Origin: Neoconidiobolus thromboides FSU 785
Lineage: Eukaryota; Fungi; Entomophthoromycota
DNA: 64,000 nucleotides
Direction of reading: 5' to 3'
NCBI GenBank assembly: GCA_025603075.1
Contig: MU626295.1
Location: 75,875-139,874, forward strand
The position numbers and the translations under genes are program-made. Position 1 is the first letter of the stretch; every line of letters begins with the position of its first letter. A model generated the notes under the pieces. The model saw only the letters and a program-made list of their open reading frames with translations, ran no database searches and was not told the origin of the DNA. Shown piece after piece: positions 29,135 to 41,769 of the stretch.

Positions 29135-30774
29135 TTTTATTTATATTTATTAAAAAGTTTTAGTCTTTGGTCTATTGAAATCTACTTATATTGCATTCGT
29201 AAGAATTAATACAGCAATAACCAATCGTTTTTAGTGCTTGCAAGTCATCCAATTAAAACAAGTCATTTAAGCGATGACTTACAAATTAACCTTCACCTTG
29301 AAATAAAAAAATATGTGAGGTATTCCCTTTTTTGTTAATATTGCGTTTTTTGCTTTCTTTCTTTTGCTATTTGGGTTGATAAATATTCTTGAAGACCCGG
29401 TTAATTATCTGAAGTTAAAAATTATTATAAAAAGTTCCAATCATTTCCACTTCCTCTTGTTAAAGTTGAACCATGTGTTTGTGGTGAAATACTATCCAAT
29501 TAATTTGACCAATACCTTCATTTCATTTGTGGCTAAAACCATTTTTTTCACCAACTACATATATGGTTTTATGTTATTTTAGCCCTTGCTGTATCAGATG
29601 ATGTATTTATTATCACTTGTTCACTCCCTTGTTCTTAGGCTGGGAACCTTTGCGTATATTCAAACTATGTTAAAATATTTTCAGCACATGTAATTAATAG
29701 TAAAGTTGTTTGGTGTTGTTAATAAAGCTTATATTTAATATATAGTTATAAACTGCTTTTATTAAAAAAATGCTACGTTTCAGTGCGTTATTCGATTATT
29801 TTGGCAATATTAATACTGATATTAAGTCTAAATTCATAACGTTTAATTCAAAAAAATTGGCATCAATCTCAAATAGTTTATTGATTTACAATACCTTTTA
29901 TAATTTCGTTTATAATTCCCTTAATAAAGATGCAAAAGTAAACATTTCTTAGAGTACTATATTAGATTTAATTTAATCTCTGATACATATATCGATTTTA
30001 ACACATACTAAAAAATATTACTACATTTATTTTGATATAGATATTTATAATAATTAAATATTAATATTTAATATGTAATGCTCATTTTGATATTTTAAAA
30101 ACTACTCGAAATTTTGCAAAAATAAATTATTTATTAAAAACCAAAGTACCTGACACAGTTTTAAACTATTTTGTTATAACCTACATTGTAAGTTAGGAGA
30201 ATTTTTACTAAATTTAATAAAAATTCCCGGATTAGCAAGGCTTTTACTAATATAACCTATATGCTGATATTAATCAAAGTTACAAAATGTAAATAGATAC
30301 ATACTCTTATAAAACTTCATCAAGAAATATTTGTTATCAACTGCTTTATATATAAGCAACATTACAGATTTATTATCAAATGAATAAATAATCTTAATGT
30401 TATAGTTATAGTTATAGTTATAGTTGTATTGTTAACTTAGCTATCAATGCTTTAAGTGATATTAACATTTAATAATTGATTTCTATTATTAATAAACTAC
30501 TTGCTTGCTTAGTAAATATTGAAAGTTTGAGATTTTTCATTTTCTATAAACTGTAGTTTTAGTTGGAATTATATCGTTCTTTTTTTGATTTATCAGGTAC
30601 TGGGTAATATTGTAGTTTATTATAACATTTAATAAATGTAAATACTTTTTAATATTTTATATTTTTAATATTTTTTAAAGATTGTATTTATTATTATTAT
30701 CAATAGCCGAGTTATTAATTTTATTATGGTTATAAATAAAAATTTCAAATTTTGAAATCAATTGATTAATATTT

Positions 30775-30871
30775 GGCGATGTATTTTTATGTTTAAGAAT
30801 TTTACTAACAATTTTTCTGCTCAAATAACGCTTAAAAAAGGAAAAGTAATGAAATCAAAAAAAACATCCCC
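30775..30871 (+). mobile_element. ~100-bp MITE inserted in Sola-like copy A
   Basis: ATTT|GGCGATG...CATCCCC|ATTT. Confidence 0.8.
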
Positions 30872-31042
30872 ATTTTCTATTTATTTAATGGTTCAAAACT
30901 ATTCTTCTATTAGGATTTTTTTTATATAATGTGAAAACTCTTGAGATTTAAGATAATTTTTTATACCTGGCTATATATTAATTTTTGTAAACTTTTTAAA
31001 AGCTTTTTAAATATTAAATTAGTTAAATAATTTCTTGCATAT

Positions 31043-31116
31043 GGGGATGTATTTTTTTGAGCACTATTTGAGCAGAAAAGTACTAGTAAAGTTCTTAAAC
31101 AAAAAAATATATCCCC
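31043..31116 (-). mobile_element. Shortened MITE inserted in Sola-like copy A
   Basis: ATAT|GGGGATG...ATCCCC|ATAT; empty site at 62489-62492. Confidence 0.8.
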
Positions 31117-31373
31117 ATATATTGAATTATAATTTAATATTTCATACAAATAATCAAAATAAACTTTGCTTATAGTTCTGTTATTTTTTAAATATAAAAT
31201 ATTAAAATTTAATACTAACATAACTTATTACATCAAGCTAAATTCACTAAATCTGATTTTATTCTTATTTCTATATTTTGTTCAAAGTTTAAATTATTAT
31301 ATAACTTTTATTATTTAGTTTTTTAGTAATTTTGTCAAATGTATTTTTTTAAATATTAATATAAAATTCATAT

Positions 31374-31471
31374 GGGGATGTATTTTTGTGTTTAAGAATT
31401 TTACTAATAATTTTTCCGTTCAAATAATACTTAAAAAATGGAAAAATAATGAAATCAAAAAAAACAGTCCC
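31374..31471 (+). mobile_element. ~100-bp MITE
   Basis: ATAT|GGGGATG...CAGTCCC|ATAT. Confidence 0.8.
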
Positions 31472-31547
31472 ATATAGTTTATACAGCCTTTCTTTTAACT
31501 TTTTAACTTTTTGCTTTGTTTCTTGTTATTAAGTTTATTTTATTTCC

Positions 31548-31643
31548 AAAATATTTTTTTGGCTTCGTCACTTTTTCCATTTTTAAGCGCTATTTGAACA
31601 GAGAGTGTGTTAGTAAGATCCTTAAACAGAAAAGTGCATCCCC
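31548..31643 (-). mobile_element. MITE, left end decayed
   Basis: CCATTTTTAAGCGCTATTTG core; CATCCCC|ATAT. Confidence 0.7.
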
Positions 31644-31691
31644 ATATATTTAAAAAAGATTGACTTAGTTATTGCTCTATTTTTTAAAGTA

Positions 31692-32156
31692 TGTGAAATC
31701 TGGTACTCAGTGTTTGGAGTCAAGAACAGCTATTGGTGGATTGACTACACTATAAGTCGAAAGGTCTTAGTTTATGTGACTAAGATAGGTTTGGATTATG
31801 AGGAATAGCACGTAATAGGTTACAAGCTATATAAGACAAATAGAATAGATAACACTAATGTAAAATCTACGTAAAATACTATTAAGAAAACTTAGTGGCT
31901 TTATTAAATGTTCGAGATATCAGGGAATAATTCAGTTAAAAAGCCTCGAGCTATTATATTTTAGAATCTCTTTTATACTCCGATAAGTATAAATATCAAA
32001 ACGGGGGGGAGGGTATTCTTTGAGACGAAGATAGAAATTCTCTTAACAAATCAGAATAAGAGCATGGGACTAATTGTCTCTATAGTCGAGAACACGACAG
32101 CTTAGGCGATTATTATGCTATAATTAACCATGGGGCTGACAAAGCGATATTTCACA
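31692..32156 (+). mobile_element. Solo LTR (465 bp)
   Basis: TGTGAAAT...ATTTCACA 8-bp inverted ends, flanked by AGTA on both sides; two further copies in the window. Confidence 0.8.
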
Positions 32157-32180
32157 AGTATTAAAATGTTTAGTATATAT

Positions 32181-32279
32181 GGAGATGTCTTTTTTGGCTT
32201 CATCATTTTTTCCATCTTTTAAGCACTATTTGAGTGGAAAAATTGTTGGTGAAATTCTTAAACACAAAGATACATTCCC
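32181..32279 (-). mobile_element. ~100-bp MITE
   Basis: ATAT|GGAGATG...CATTCCC|ATAT. Confidence 0.8.
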
Positions 32280-32529
32280 ATATCATTTTTTTATTTTTAT
32301 TTAACATACATATTATTTGATGGAGATTTATCACTATTATTACTAATTATTTAAAAATAATCATGTTGATTTCTACTTATACTAAATCTAAAACTTTTAC
32401 ATTTACCAAAAAAGTATATTGAAGCTATAGTTGATATTAATACTACTTGTTTTTGTTTTTTGTTTCTTTTAAAGCACTACCTTTATTGCTTAATTGGGTT
32501 TAGTATTGTTAATAGTAAACTTTAATAGT

Positions 32530-32606
32530 TTTTCTTGGTTTCATTACTTCTTTGTTTTTAAGCGCTATTTGAGTGGAAAGATTGGTAGTAAAATTCTTAA
32601 AAACAT
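32530..32606 (-). mobile_element. Partial MITE
   Basis: TTTAAGCGCTATTTGAGTGGAAAGATT..TAGTAAAATTCTTAAA core; ends decayed. Confidence 0.65.
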
Positions 32607-33533
32607 ATCATATATCAAGGACTTACAAATTTAAAAACTCAAAATCTGGATTAATTTTTAACTAACTTCTAAAACCAATTCAACCATCCCTATGCTTATT
32701 TTATTTCTATTCAATAAAGGAATTTAGTTATCTTTTTAATGTCAACTTTAAAGTTGAAATATCTCACACTTAATACTATAGTCTATCAATATTTGATTTA
32801 TGAGTATATTAGTAAATATGTATTTTCGACTCTTTAATTTCGAAGAATTAAATTGTTTTAATCATAATTATTAAACTTTATAAAAATGTGCAAAAATGAA
32901 ATATATTATTATAGCTTAATGTTCTTTTTTTATACTATAATTAAAGTCAGTATGGGCTTTTATCTACGAATATTTAATTATAGTTTTAAAAGGATTTTTG
33001 GTAAAATAAAAAATAAAAAAGTAAAAGTCTTATTTAAAATACTATATTGTAAAAACAAACATCTTTTAAAGTTTAGTAATAATATCGAATAATGGAAACA
33101 AGAGTTTTACAGTATTAATCCATATTTTTCAGTATTTCGATCTTAACATAAGAATCTATTTTTCCGTGAAAAAAAGGGTATAATAATTTGATTTGTTTTA
33201 AATTGATTTCCTAGACTTAATGTATACATATAAGTTTTTTGAAGCAAACAAGGATCTGTTAGTAGCTAGTCATAAGCTAATTTAAAGCTAATATCAAACA
33301 TTGTAAAGGCTCAAATCTGATATATATAATTTAATACTTATCATAAATACAATGATAAGAGAATAATTACTCGCTCTCAAAGACTCACTTTCTATGGGAT
33401 AACTTTCGAAAAGGCTTTTTAGCCAATTAGAATTGATTTTGAGGTAATCTAATCATCCAAATTAAGAGTATGACAAAGATATAAATTTACCCACGATAAT
33501 TAACAGCTTTGAGCTTAAAGCTTTTAAATTAAA

Positions 33534-35474
33534 ATGTCCAGTTTAAGAAGACTTCCTCGCCTCGCTAAAAACGCATCAAAAAATATTAGATTGTTACAAA
33601 ATCAATCTTACAAGGTTTCCAACTTATATTCAAGATGCTATTCTCATAGGTATTATCATCTTGTTTTTAAAAATTAATCTCTAACTCAATATAGCATTAA
33701 CAATTCTATGTTATTTAATGAATCTTCTATTAAAGGAGTGAGATTATATAGCTCTAAAAGTAAAATTCTTGTTTTTTTATTATAAAAGTACAAATTTTAT
33801 GTTTTGATTAGATTTTCCATCACATAACATTATTAAAATGCCTGCATTATCCCCAACCATGACATCAGGAAACATTGGAAGCTGGCATAAAAAAGAAGGT
33901 GATGAAATCACTGCTGGAGATGTATTAGTAGAAATTGAAACTGATAAAGCTCAAATGGATTTTGAATTTCAAGAAGACGGTTTTATTGCCAAGATTTTAG
34001 TTGATGCTGGCTCAAAGGATATTGACGTCAATAAAGTTAGTATTTATTTAACTCTAGTTGGAACCTTATTTAACTTTTGTTAGCCATTAGCTGTCTTAGT
34101 TGAGAATAAAGAAGATGTTGAGAAATTTGCCAACTTTACTCTTGAGGATGCTGCAGATGGTGAAGGTGAAGCTACTCCTGCTTCTACCCCTAAAGAAGAA
34201 GCTTCAAATGAACCAAAAGCACAAGCTCAAGAAACCAGTTCATCTGCTTCCGGTTCAGCACCCAAAGCTACTCAAGGATCAGGTAATTTTTAGTCAATAG
34301 CGATGATTATTTAATTGTTTTAGATGATCGCATCTTTGCTAGTCCTTTAGCTAAAAAACTAGCTGAAGAAAAGGGTATAAACCTTGCTGAAATCAAAGGA
34401 ACTGGCCCAAACAATCGTATTGTCAAGTCCGATGTTGAGTCCTATACTCCAGCTAGTGAGTTGTTTATTTATTCATAAAACGTTTCTTACCATTTTAGCT
34501 AAAGCACCTCAACCACAAGCTACCCCAGTTGCTGCTCCAACTTCTGCTCCAACTACTTCTGCCCCAACCCCAGCCTCAGCTCCAGGATCTACTGGATCAT
34601 ACACTGATATCCCACTTACTAACATCCGCAAAGTAGATCCATTTGATTTTAACTGTGTTTTTCTAATCATAATTTAGGTTATTGCTACTCGTCTTACTGA
34701 ATCTAAGCAGCAGATCCCACATTATTACCTTACCGTTGAGGCTAATGTTGATAGCGTCTTAAAGTATTGTAATTTAGCCATTTCTTTATAATTTATTAAT
34801 CGATTTAGATTACGTCAGCATTTGAATAGCAAATCTGATGATAAATACAAGTTGTCAGTTAACGACTTTATTACCAAGGCTTCCGCTTTAGCTATGAAAG
34901 ATGTTCCTGAAGTTAACTCATCATGGCATGGAGACTTTATTAGACAGTAGTTTTTAATATTTTTAATAATGAGTTTTGATTAATTACATTTTAGATACAA
35001 CACTGCAGATATTTCTATTGCTACTGCTACGCCTACAGGTCTCATTACACCTATTGTTAAAAGTGTTGAAGGTAAAGGACTTAGCTCGATTTCTAATGAA
35101 ATCAAATCACTTGCAGCTCGTGCGCGTAACAATGAACTGAAACCACATGAATATCAAGTAAGTCTTGTAATTGAATTTTTAATGGAATTTCTAATAAAAT
35201 TAAGGGTGGCTCTTTCACCATTTCCAATCTTGGTATGTTCGGAGTCAATAACTTTACTGCCATCGTTAACCCACCACAATCTTGTATTTTGGCCGTTGGT
35301 GCTACCCAATCTCGTATTGTTGTTGATGCTACTGCTGAAAAAGGATTTAAAGAGGCTAGTATCTTAACCGTTACTTTATCTTGTGATCATAGAGTTGTGG
35401 ATGGTGCTGTTGGTGCTAAATGGCTTAAGGCATTCAAAGGTTATTTAGAAAATCCACTCACTATGTTACTTTAG
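33534..35474 (+). CDS. LAT1: Pyruvate dehydrogenase E2 (dihydrolipoamide acetyltransferase), multi-exon
   Basis: [13 protein letters not shown], lipoyl motif [45 protein letters not shown]. Confidence 0.96.
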
Positions 35475-36008
35475 GTTCTGGGGCATGCTGCTAAAGAATA
35501 AATCATAATAATTTATATACATTTGATACATTAACGTTGGTGTTTTCTAAAATGACATAAATGCAATATAATATTGTTTTTATTTGTACTAGGTTAAATC
35601 GCATTATAATCCTTCAATTAGTATACTAATTAGATCGCCATCTATATAATATATAAGTTGTTTTGAGACAGATTAATTTGTGGTTCAAAAATGTATTGAA
35701 TGAATTTTTATACTAAGAATTAGTGAAAGCTTAATATATTTAATTACTAAAATAACATTTAATATTTAATGGAGAATCATTGACTACAAAAACAAAACAA
35801 GAATGAATAAAGACATGCAGGTTAAATCTTATCATCAACTTTTTACTAACACCAAATAATCTTTGGTTATCAGTATTCAATATTAATAAAACAGTCTATT
35901 AGATATAAATTTTAAAATTTAAAAAAAAACCATCGTCTAGTTAAATAAAAATTCGGGGAGATATATTTTTACTTTTAAATCATAATCATTAATACTCAAT
36001 TCAATATA

Positions 36009-36909
36009 CTATTCATCTTTTGAGTATAAAAATAAAACTCTTTCTTCTATATCTTCAAGTTCCCATCTATGCTTGTGGATAGCCAAATTTTCCGCTTCAT
36101 CTTTAAAAAATACATGAGTATTACTTTGTTGACCAGGCATTGTAGCATTCATAGTTGGCATAGACATAGCTTGCATATCCTTGACGCCATCCGCACTGTT
36201 CTCTTCCCCTAAGACTAAGGAAAAAACGGCTCTTAACCCAAACAAATTTAAAAAATACCAAGAAAGTGAAGAAACCCAAGCAACATCCATATTACTAGCT
36301 AAAATACCAGACTGAAGCATGGATTTAAATCTTAAAGTTAACGGAAATGGTAATTGAATTAACACAAATCCAGAAAAAAAGAAGTTGATCCAACTCATTA
36401 TTAATGTTTGTGGTACAACCATAGCTACATTACGTTTCATTCCACCCATTAGAGTTTCCATTTGAGAAGGGTCTGTAAGCATACTAGCAGTACTCTTCTT
36501 TTTTAAATGTGAGTCTTTACCATCCTTTAAAAATGTCCCATTTTCAATCTCTTTTAAAAAATATTGTTTACGTGCTTCAAACTTGGATGGTGCTAAGTAA
36601 TCACCATTTTTAGCTAACATTTTTACCCAGTTTAATGATTGTTGCTCTTTCAACTCTTTCTTTTTGGGCTTGATTGGTGCTGATGTTAATAATATTGTTA
36701 TATGATGTCTTAATACCCCGACTAAAACCATAACAATCATAATGGGAAATAATACCCAATCACGGATAGCTATTATAGATTTGAATTTTATTTATCACAT
36801 GTTCAAAGATATATTACCTGGATCAAGGATCATTGTAGAGCTATTAAATGTTATTAGTTATTTTGGTTTATCATCATTGTTTATAATAAAATTACTTTTC
36901 AGTAGTCAT
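36009..36909 (-). CDS. EMC3: ER membrane complex subunit 3; 3 exons
   Basis: MTTENSTMILDP|AIRDWVLFPIMIVMVLVGVLRH, VPQTLIMSWINFFFSGF, PFPLTLRFKSMLQ, WVSSLSWYFLNLFGL. Confidence 0.94.
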
Positions 36910-37097
36910 TTAGTTTAATAGTCTGAAATACGATTACTGATGAATCCTAAAACTTATTCAAGGAAATTTAAAATCAAATGCAAAAAAGGAATTTACCCTG
37001 ATTTTATTGGTTCCCTTAAAATCAAGCTTGGCGCCACTATGAATAGCGGGAAATAATTAACTATTGTTTATTTTATTTACAATTTAATAGTTTCAAA

Positions 37098-38546
37098 ATG
37101 GGTATGATGTTAAGCTGTATACCAGCGCAAATATGTAGTTGTTGTACTACTGCTGTTTGTAGCTCTTTATGTTCATGTTGTGGAAAAAAAGTATCATTAT
37201 CAAGTTCCATTGCAACTCGTATTACTTACGCATCAATTTTCTTATTAAATTCAGGGCTAGCTTTTGTAGCTACTTCGGATGCAGCTTCTAAATGGATCGA
37301 GAGTATTTCATTTGGTTATTTAAAATTTGAATGTGGAGGTGGACAATGCTATGGGTTATTAGCAGTTCATAGGATTTGCTTTGCTCTTACACTATTCCAT
37401 ATTATACTATCACTATCTGTTTTAGGGGTAGAAGATACTTCTCACCCAAGAGCTACGATACAAAACAAATACTGGCCATTAAAATTTTTAGGATGGATAT
37501 TATTATTGATAGGATGTTTTTTTATTCCAAATGGCTTCATCCAATTTTGGGGTAATTATATTGCGTTAATAGGAGCTTCCTTTTTTATTATTATCCAGCT
37601 TTTACTGTTAGTTGATTTTGCACATACTTTTGCTGAAACATGTTTAGAGAAATGGGAAACAGACGATAATGATAAGTGGAAATATATCTTGGTTGGAAGT
37701 ACCTGTGGACTTTTCATTTTAGCAATTACTTTAACTGGTGTATTATTTGGGTTTTTTGCTGGTAGTGGGTGTGGGTTGAATCAATTCTTTATTTCATTTA
37801 ATTTGGCTTTAGGATTAATCGCTTCTATTGTTGCAATTCATCCTGTAGTACAAGAATCGAATCCTCGTTCTGGTTTGACCCAGGCAAGTCTAGTGGTTGC
37901 TTATTGTACTTATCTTGTCACCTCATCAATTGTCAATGAACCTACTGATCCATCCACTGCTCATTGTAATCCACTTGATCATGTAAATGGTACTCGTACC
38001 ACTTCTATTTTAGTTGGTGCTATTTTTACTTTGATTGCAATAGCTTATTCTACTTCTAGAGCTGCTACACAAACTAGTACTTTAATTGCATCATCAGGTT
38101 CCAATTCACCAGATAGTGCTTTACCCCTAGAACTACCATCATCATCTATTAGAAGTCAAGCCATACGTGATGGTATAGCTAGTGGTGCGTTACGACCATC
38201 TGAGATACATTCAATGGATATTGAAGAAGGAGAAATGGGTGTACCAGATGATGAAAAGGAAGGAGTAGCTTATTCTTATGCTTTATTTCATTTAGTATTT
38301 GCTTTAGCTTCTATGTACGTAGCTATGTTAGTTACTAATTGGAATGTAATGAATGGGGATTCGGATGATTTTATTATAATTGGGCGTTCTACTTCGGCTA
38401 TGTGGGTTAAGATTATTTCATCTTGGATTTGCTTTGCTTTATATTGTTGGACTCTATTAGCACCAGCCATATTTCCTGATAGGTAAATATCTATATATAT
38501 TCTTGATTTAAGTTAATCTTTTTATAGGGAATGGCTATTGAATTAA
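37098..38546 (+). CDS. TMS1: SERINC/TMS1 membrane protein; possible short terminal exon after intron 38483-38527
   Basis: Cys-rich N-terminus, SIATRITYA, HRICFAL, RATIQNKYWPLK, VQESNPRSGLTQA, YSYALFHLVFALASMY, WVKIISSW, WTLLAP. Confidence 0.94.
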
Positions 38547-38769
38547 TTTAATTGTAATAATTCAATGCCTATTACTTCGTAATCTTTTCAAAGGTTATTT
38601 TAATATATATTATTTAATCAATATTATACTTTTAAAATTTGTAATCTATTTGGTTTTTATTGTTTAGTTTATAGAATAGATTGCTAATATTTGTAATTTA
38701 AAATACGATTTGGATACATTTAATAACTTTGTATTAAAATTAGAAAGCAAATTAAAAAGATGAGGAGTT

Positions 38770-39950
38770 AGTTAAATATAAATATAAAAAACATTTTAAT
38801 AATAATTTTACAATAAAAAGTATCTTTGACATATAATATAAAAAGGGGGTTAACCAAAGTATTGTTTATTTGCATACTTATCCAAGTCAACGTTGTAATT
38901 TCGTTGAATTTATTTGGAGGTTGAGTATCCATATCAAATTCAATAAATGTAATAAATAATAAAGGAGTAATAGGTTTATAGTTAATATCTATATTTGAAT
39001 CATCTAAAACATTTTTTTCAATTCTAATTACTTCAGGGTTTGGGAAAAAAGTAAGAAATATAAATTGATTCAATGTAAGTTTATCAACACATTTGGTTTT
39101 GATATATTTTATATATTCATATTTACATAAGCTATATTCAATAGTACCATTAACATTAGCCTCATCAAAACTAGATTCTTTTAATAATTTTAAAATAATA
39201 GGATTTAGAAATACGATGTGGATGCTTTGAGTATTTGATATTATTAGAATTACTCTCAGTAATTCTTTTGGAACACTATTAACATATATCCTTTAACATT
39301 GATAATTTTAAAAAATTATTAACCGTGGTCTTACAAAAACTAAACTTACCCAAGGAAATGGCATTACTACCTTCAATTATATTATTATTTGTTTTTAAAA
39401 AAGCACTATAATTAGCAATCAATTCTACACTTTTGAATTTTCTAAGATAATAATTGAAGTGTCTTTTACTAAGTGTTTTAAAATCAAATATTTTAAGTCT
39501 AAATAGGAAACAAAATTTACATTTAAAGCAAACAAACTTGAGTAGAAGTTACGTTGATTATTAAATCTAATCATTATAAATTGGTGAGCTCTTCTTTTAT
39601 TATATTTAAACCATCAATATTAAGATTTCAAAGAGGGTCTAATTTAAGTGATTTTAGCTTGTTTGGATTTAAATACTCGATAAGATCCTTTAAATCAATA
39701 TCATCACTTAAAACACCCAAATCTTCAATTTAGTTTGAATGACTTTGAAATGCACTTGATAACTTAAAAACACAGGCATTTAGTACATTTATATTTATTT
39801 TCTTTAATATTGGCAATTGAATTTCAATCTTAGGTTTACTCAAAAATGACAATAATAAATTACCATCAATATAAATAACGTGTTAAATTTGAGCAATGGT
39901 TTATATATTAATAGTATTACAATATATAGTTAAGTGTTTCATCCTTCCTC
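38770..39950 (-). pseudogene. Decayed LRR/RNI-like family member
   Basis: Minus frame IEDLGVLSDDIDLKDLIEYLNPNKLKSLKLDPL*NLNIDGLNIIKEELTNL**LDL with stops. Confidence 0.4.
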
Positions 39951-41769
39951 TACTCTTTAAAAAGAGCCTTTATTGAATTTTTTCAAAACTATTAAATTAA
40001 GCATCATTATTTTTTTTGAATTCACGTTTGTTGTAAATTGAATACATTAATTTATGTTGGATGGCTTTGTTTATAATATGGGAAATACGTCTATTTAATG
40101 AGATTAAACCAAAATACCTCTTCATTTTCATCAGCTTAAACACAATAAATATCATCAGGTAATTAGTTAACCACATTTCATTTTATCAGAAATAGAAATA
40201 AAGCCTGGTAAAATTTTTATTTCAACTGCTCAATATCAAACTAATAAACCACAAACGTTGTTGCGCTTTTTTATGTCTCAATGCCGAAGCATTAAACAAC
40301 TGTAATGGAAAAAACCAAAATACTACAAATTTGGAGTATTAAGTTTGTAGCTTTTTTAAAAAAAATTATATGTTAACAAAAAATAATTAGATTGCTTTGA
40401 AGAAAAATTTGACATATTCGTTTTTTAAACTACTGCTCTATCTTTTGTTAAACTCTATTTATTTTTCCCTTTCTCTGGGACGAATATTCTGTCTACATTG
40501 TCACTTGATTATTTTGAAATTCATACAAGTAAACGCTGCCTTTAAGTAAGGATAAAAAACTAATAAGACATTTCTAACTAGTTTGATTAAATAAATAGAA
40601 ATTGTTACTGGATTTATTTATTACATTCGTGCTTAATTGGTTTAGTATACTTATCTGTATTAACAACTAAGCCTAAATCTTACTTAGTCTATTTCAGTGA
40701 GTTTGGGATATTTTTCCTTGAGCTATAGCCTTATCATCAATAAACATAGAAATAAACAGTAAACAAGTTAAAGTGAAAGATATCAACTAATGGAATACTT
40801 AATTTTAAAAAGATAAATTCTTTGTGAATTTTTAGCTCTCTTAAAACAATTACGAGTATAGTTTTATATCATTAAAATAATTCTATTTAAACTGCTTTAG
40901 ATTATACATTGGTATTAAATATAATAATAATAACAATGTTAAAGTTTATAGATTGTTATTATATCAATGCTAAAATTTATAGATTACTATTATGTCAATG
41001 TTATTGTCTTGTACAATATCAACATCGAATCAATTTTCAATGTTGAATATCTTTTTTAAATTTCAAAACCCAAAGGGTTTTGTGTTTTTATTATTTAGAA
41101 TTAAGCACTAATATAACAGAGGAAGGAAGTCGAAGAGAGCCAAGTTTTTATACTTATTTAGGGTAATTTTGACCAAAGCTAAGTCTAAGTTCTGAAAAAT
41201 ATCAGTATAAGCCTTAAACGAGATAAGACCTTTAGAGGTATGAAACCAAGAGAGGGTATGCATAAGTTCTGTAAGAACTAGATTGTTACAATACAAGTAA
41301 AGTAAAGTTAAAATGTTAGGCATATAGTTGAACATGAATTTTACATGTGATGAGGTGGTAGAAAGGATGGCCAATCGAGCAGTTATGTAATTTTAGATAT
41401 TTAAATGTAAAAATAAAATTCTTGAAGTAAGGATAGATTATTCAGTTGATATTGAAATCAAAGCACACTCAGGAATAGAGAATTATTATTGAAAGAAATA
41501 TGATTCAAAAAAGATATATATTAACCTTCTAGTTTAAATGTATAATATTACATGATAAAAATACAAAACAATTAAAAGATATAAATATATTTATTTGCTA
41601 CTGGCTAATATTTTAGAGGCATATCAAATAAAGTGTTGGTTTGTTTAAAAGCTCATCCAAATCAACATTGGGGTTTTGTTCAATCTCTTGTGAAGTTAAG
41701 CATTTAAATCTAGTATAATAGGTTCAAAAAGTGAAAAAGGAGTAATGGGTTTACAATCATTGTCTGAAT

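Larger units (their letters stand above)
30075..31260 (-). mobile_element. Sola-like transposon, copy A; decayed, two MITE insertions, catalytic HGK/DGHFG segment deleted
   Basis: ILYLKNNRTISKVYFDYLYEILNYN matches copy B VLYLKDDKTIGKVYFDYLSEILNHD; nucleotide colinearity with 62400-63550 by eye. Confidence 0.7.

Noticed and set aside
29290-29700. GC-richer segment upstream of the deaminase as a small gene or snoRNA
   Set aside because: No coherent exon chain on either strand and no convincing C/D or H/ACA box arrangement.
31697-31730. TGGTACTCAGTG as a tRNA primer-binding site or tRNA-derived SINE head
   Set aside because: It lies inside the TG...CA-bounded unit near its 5' end, there is no B-box, and the TSD-flanked solo-LTR reading explains it better.
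41108-41400. Possible non-LTR reverse-transcriptase remnant (KMLGI*LNMNF...)
   Set aside because: Similarity is limited to a few residues, with no YADD/LADD-like motif.
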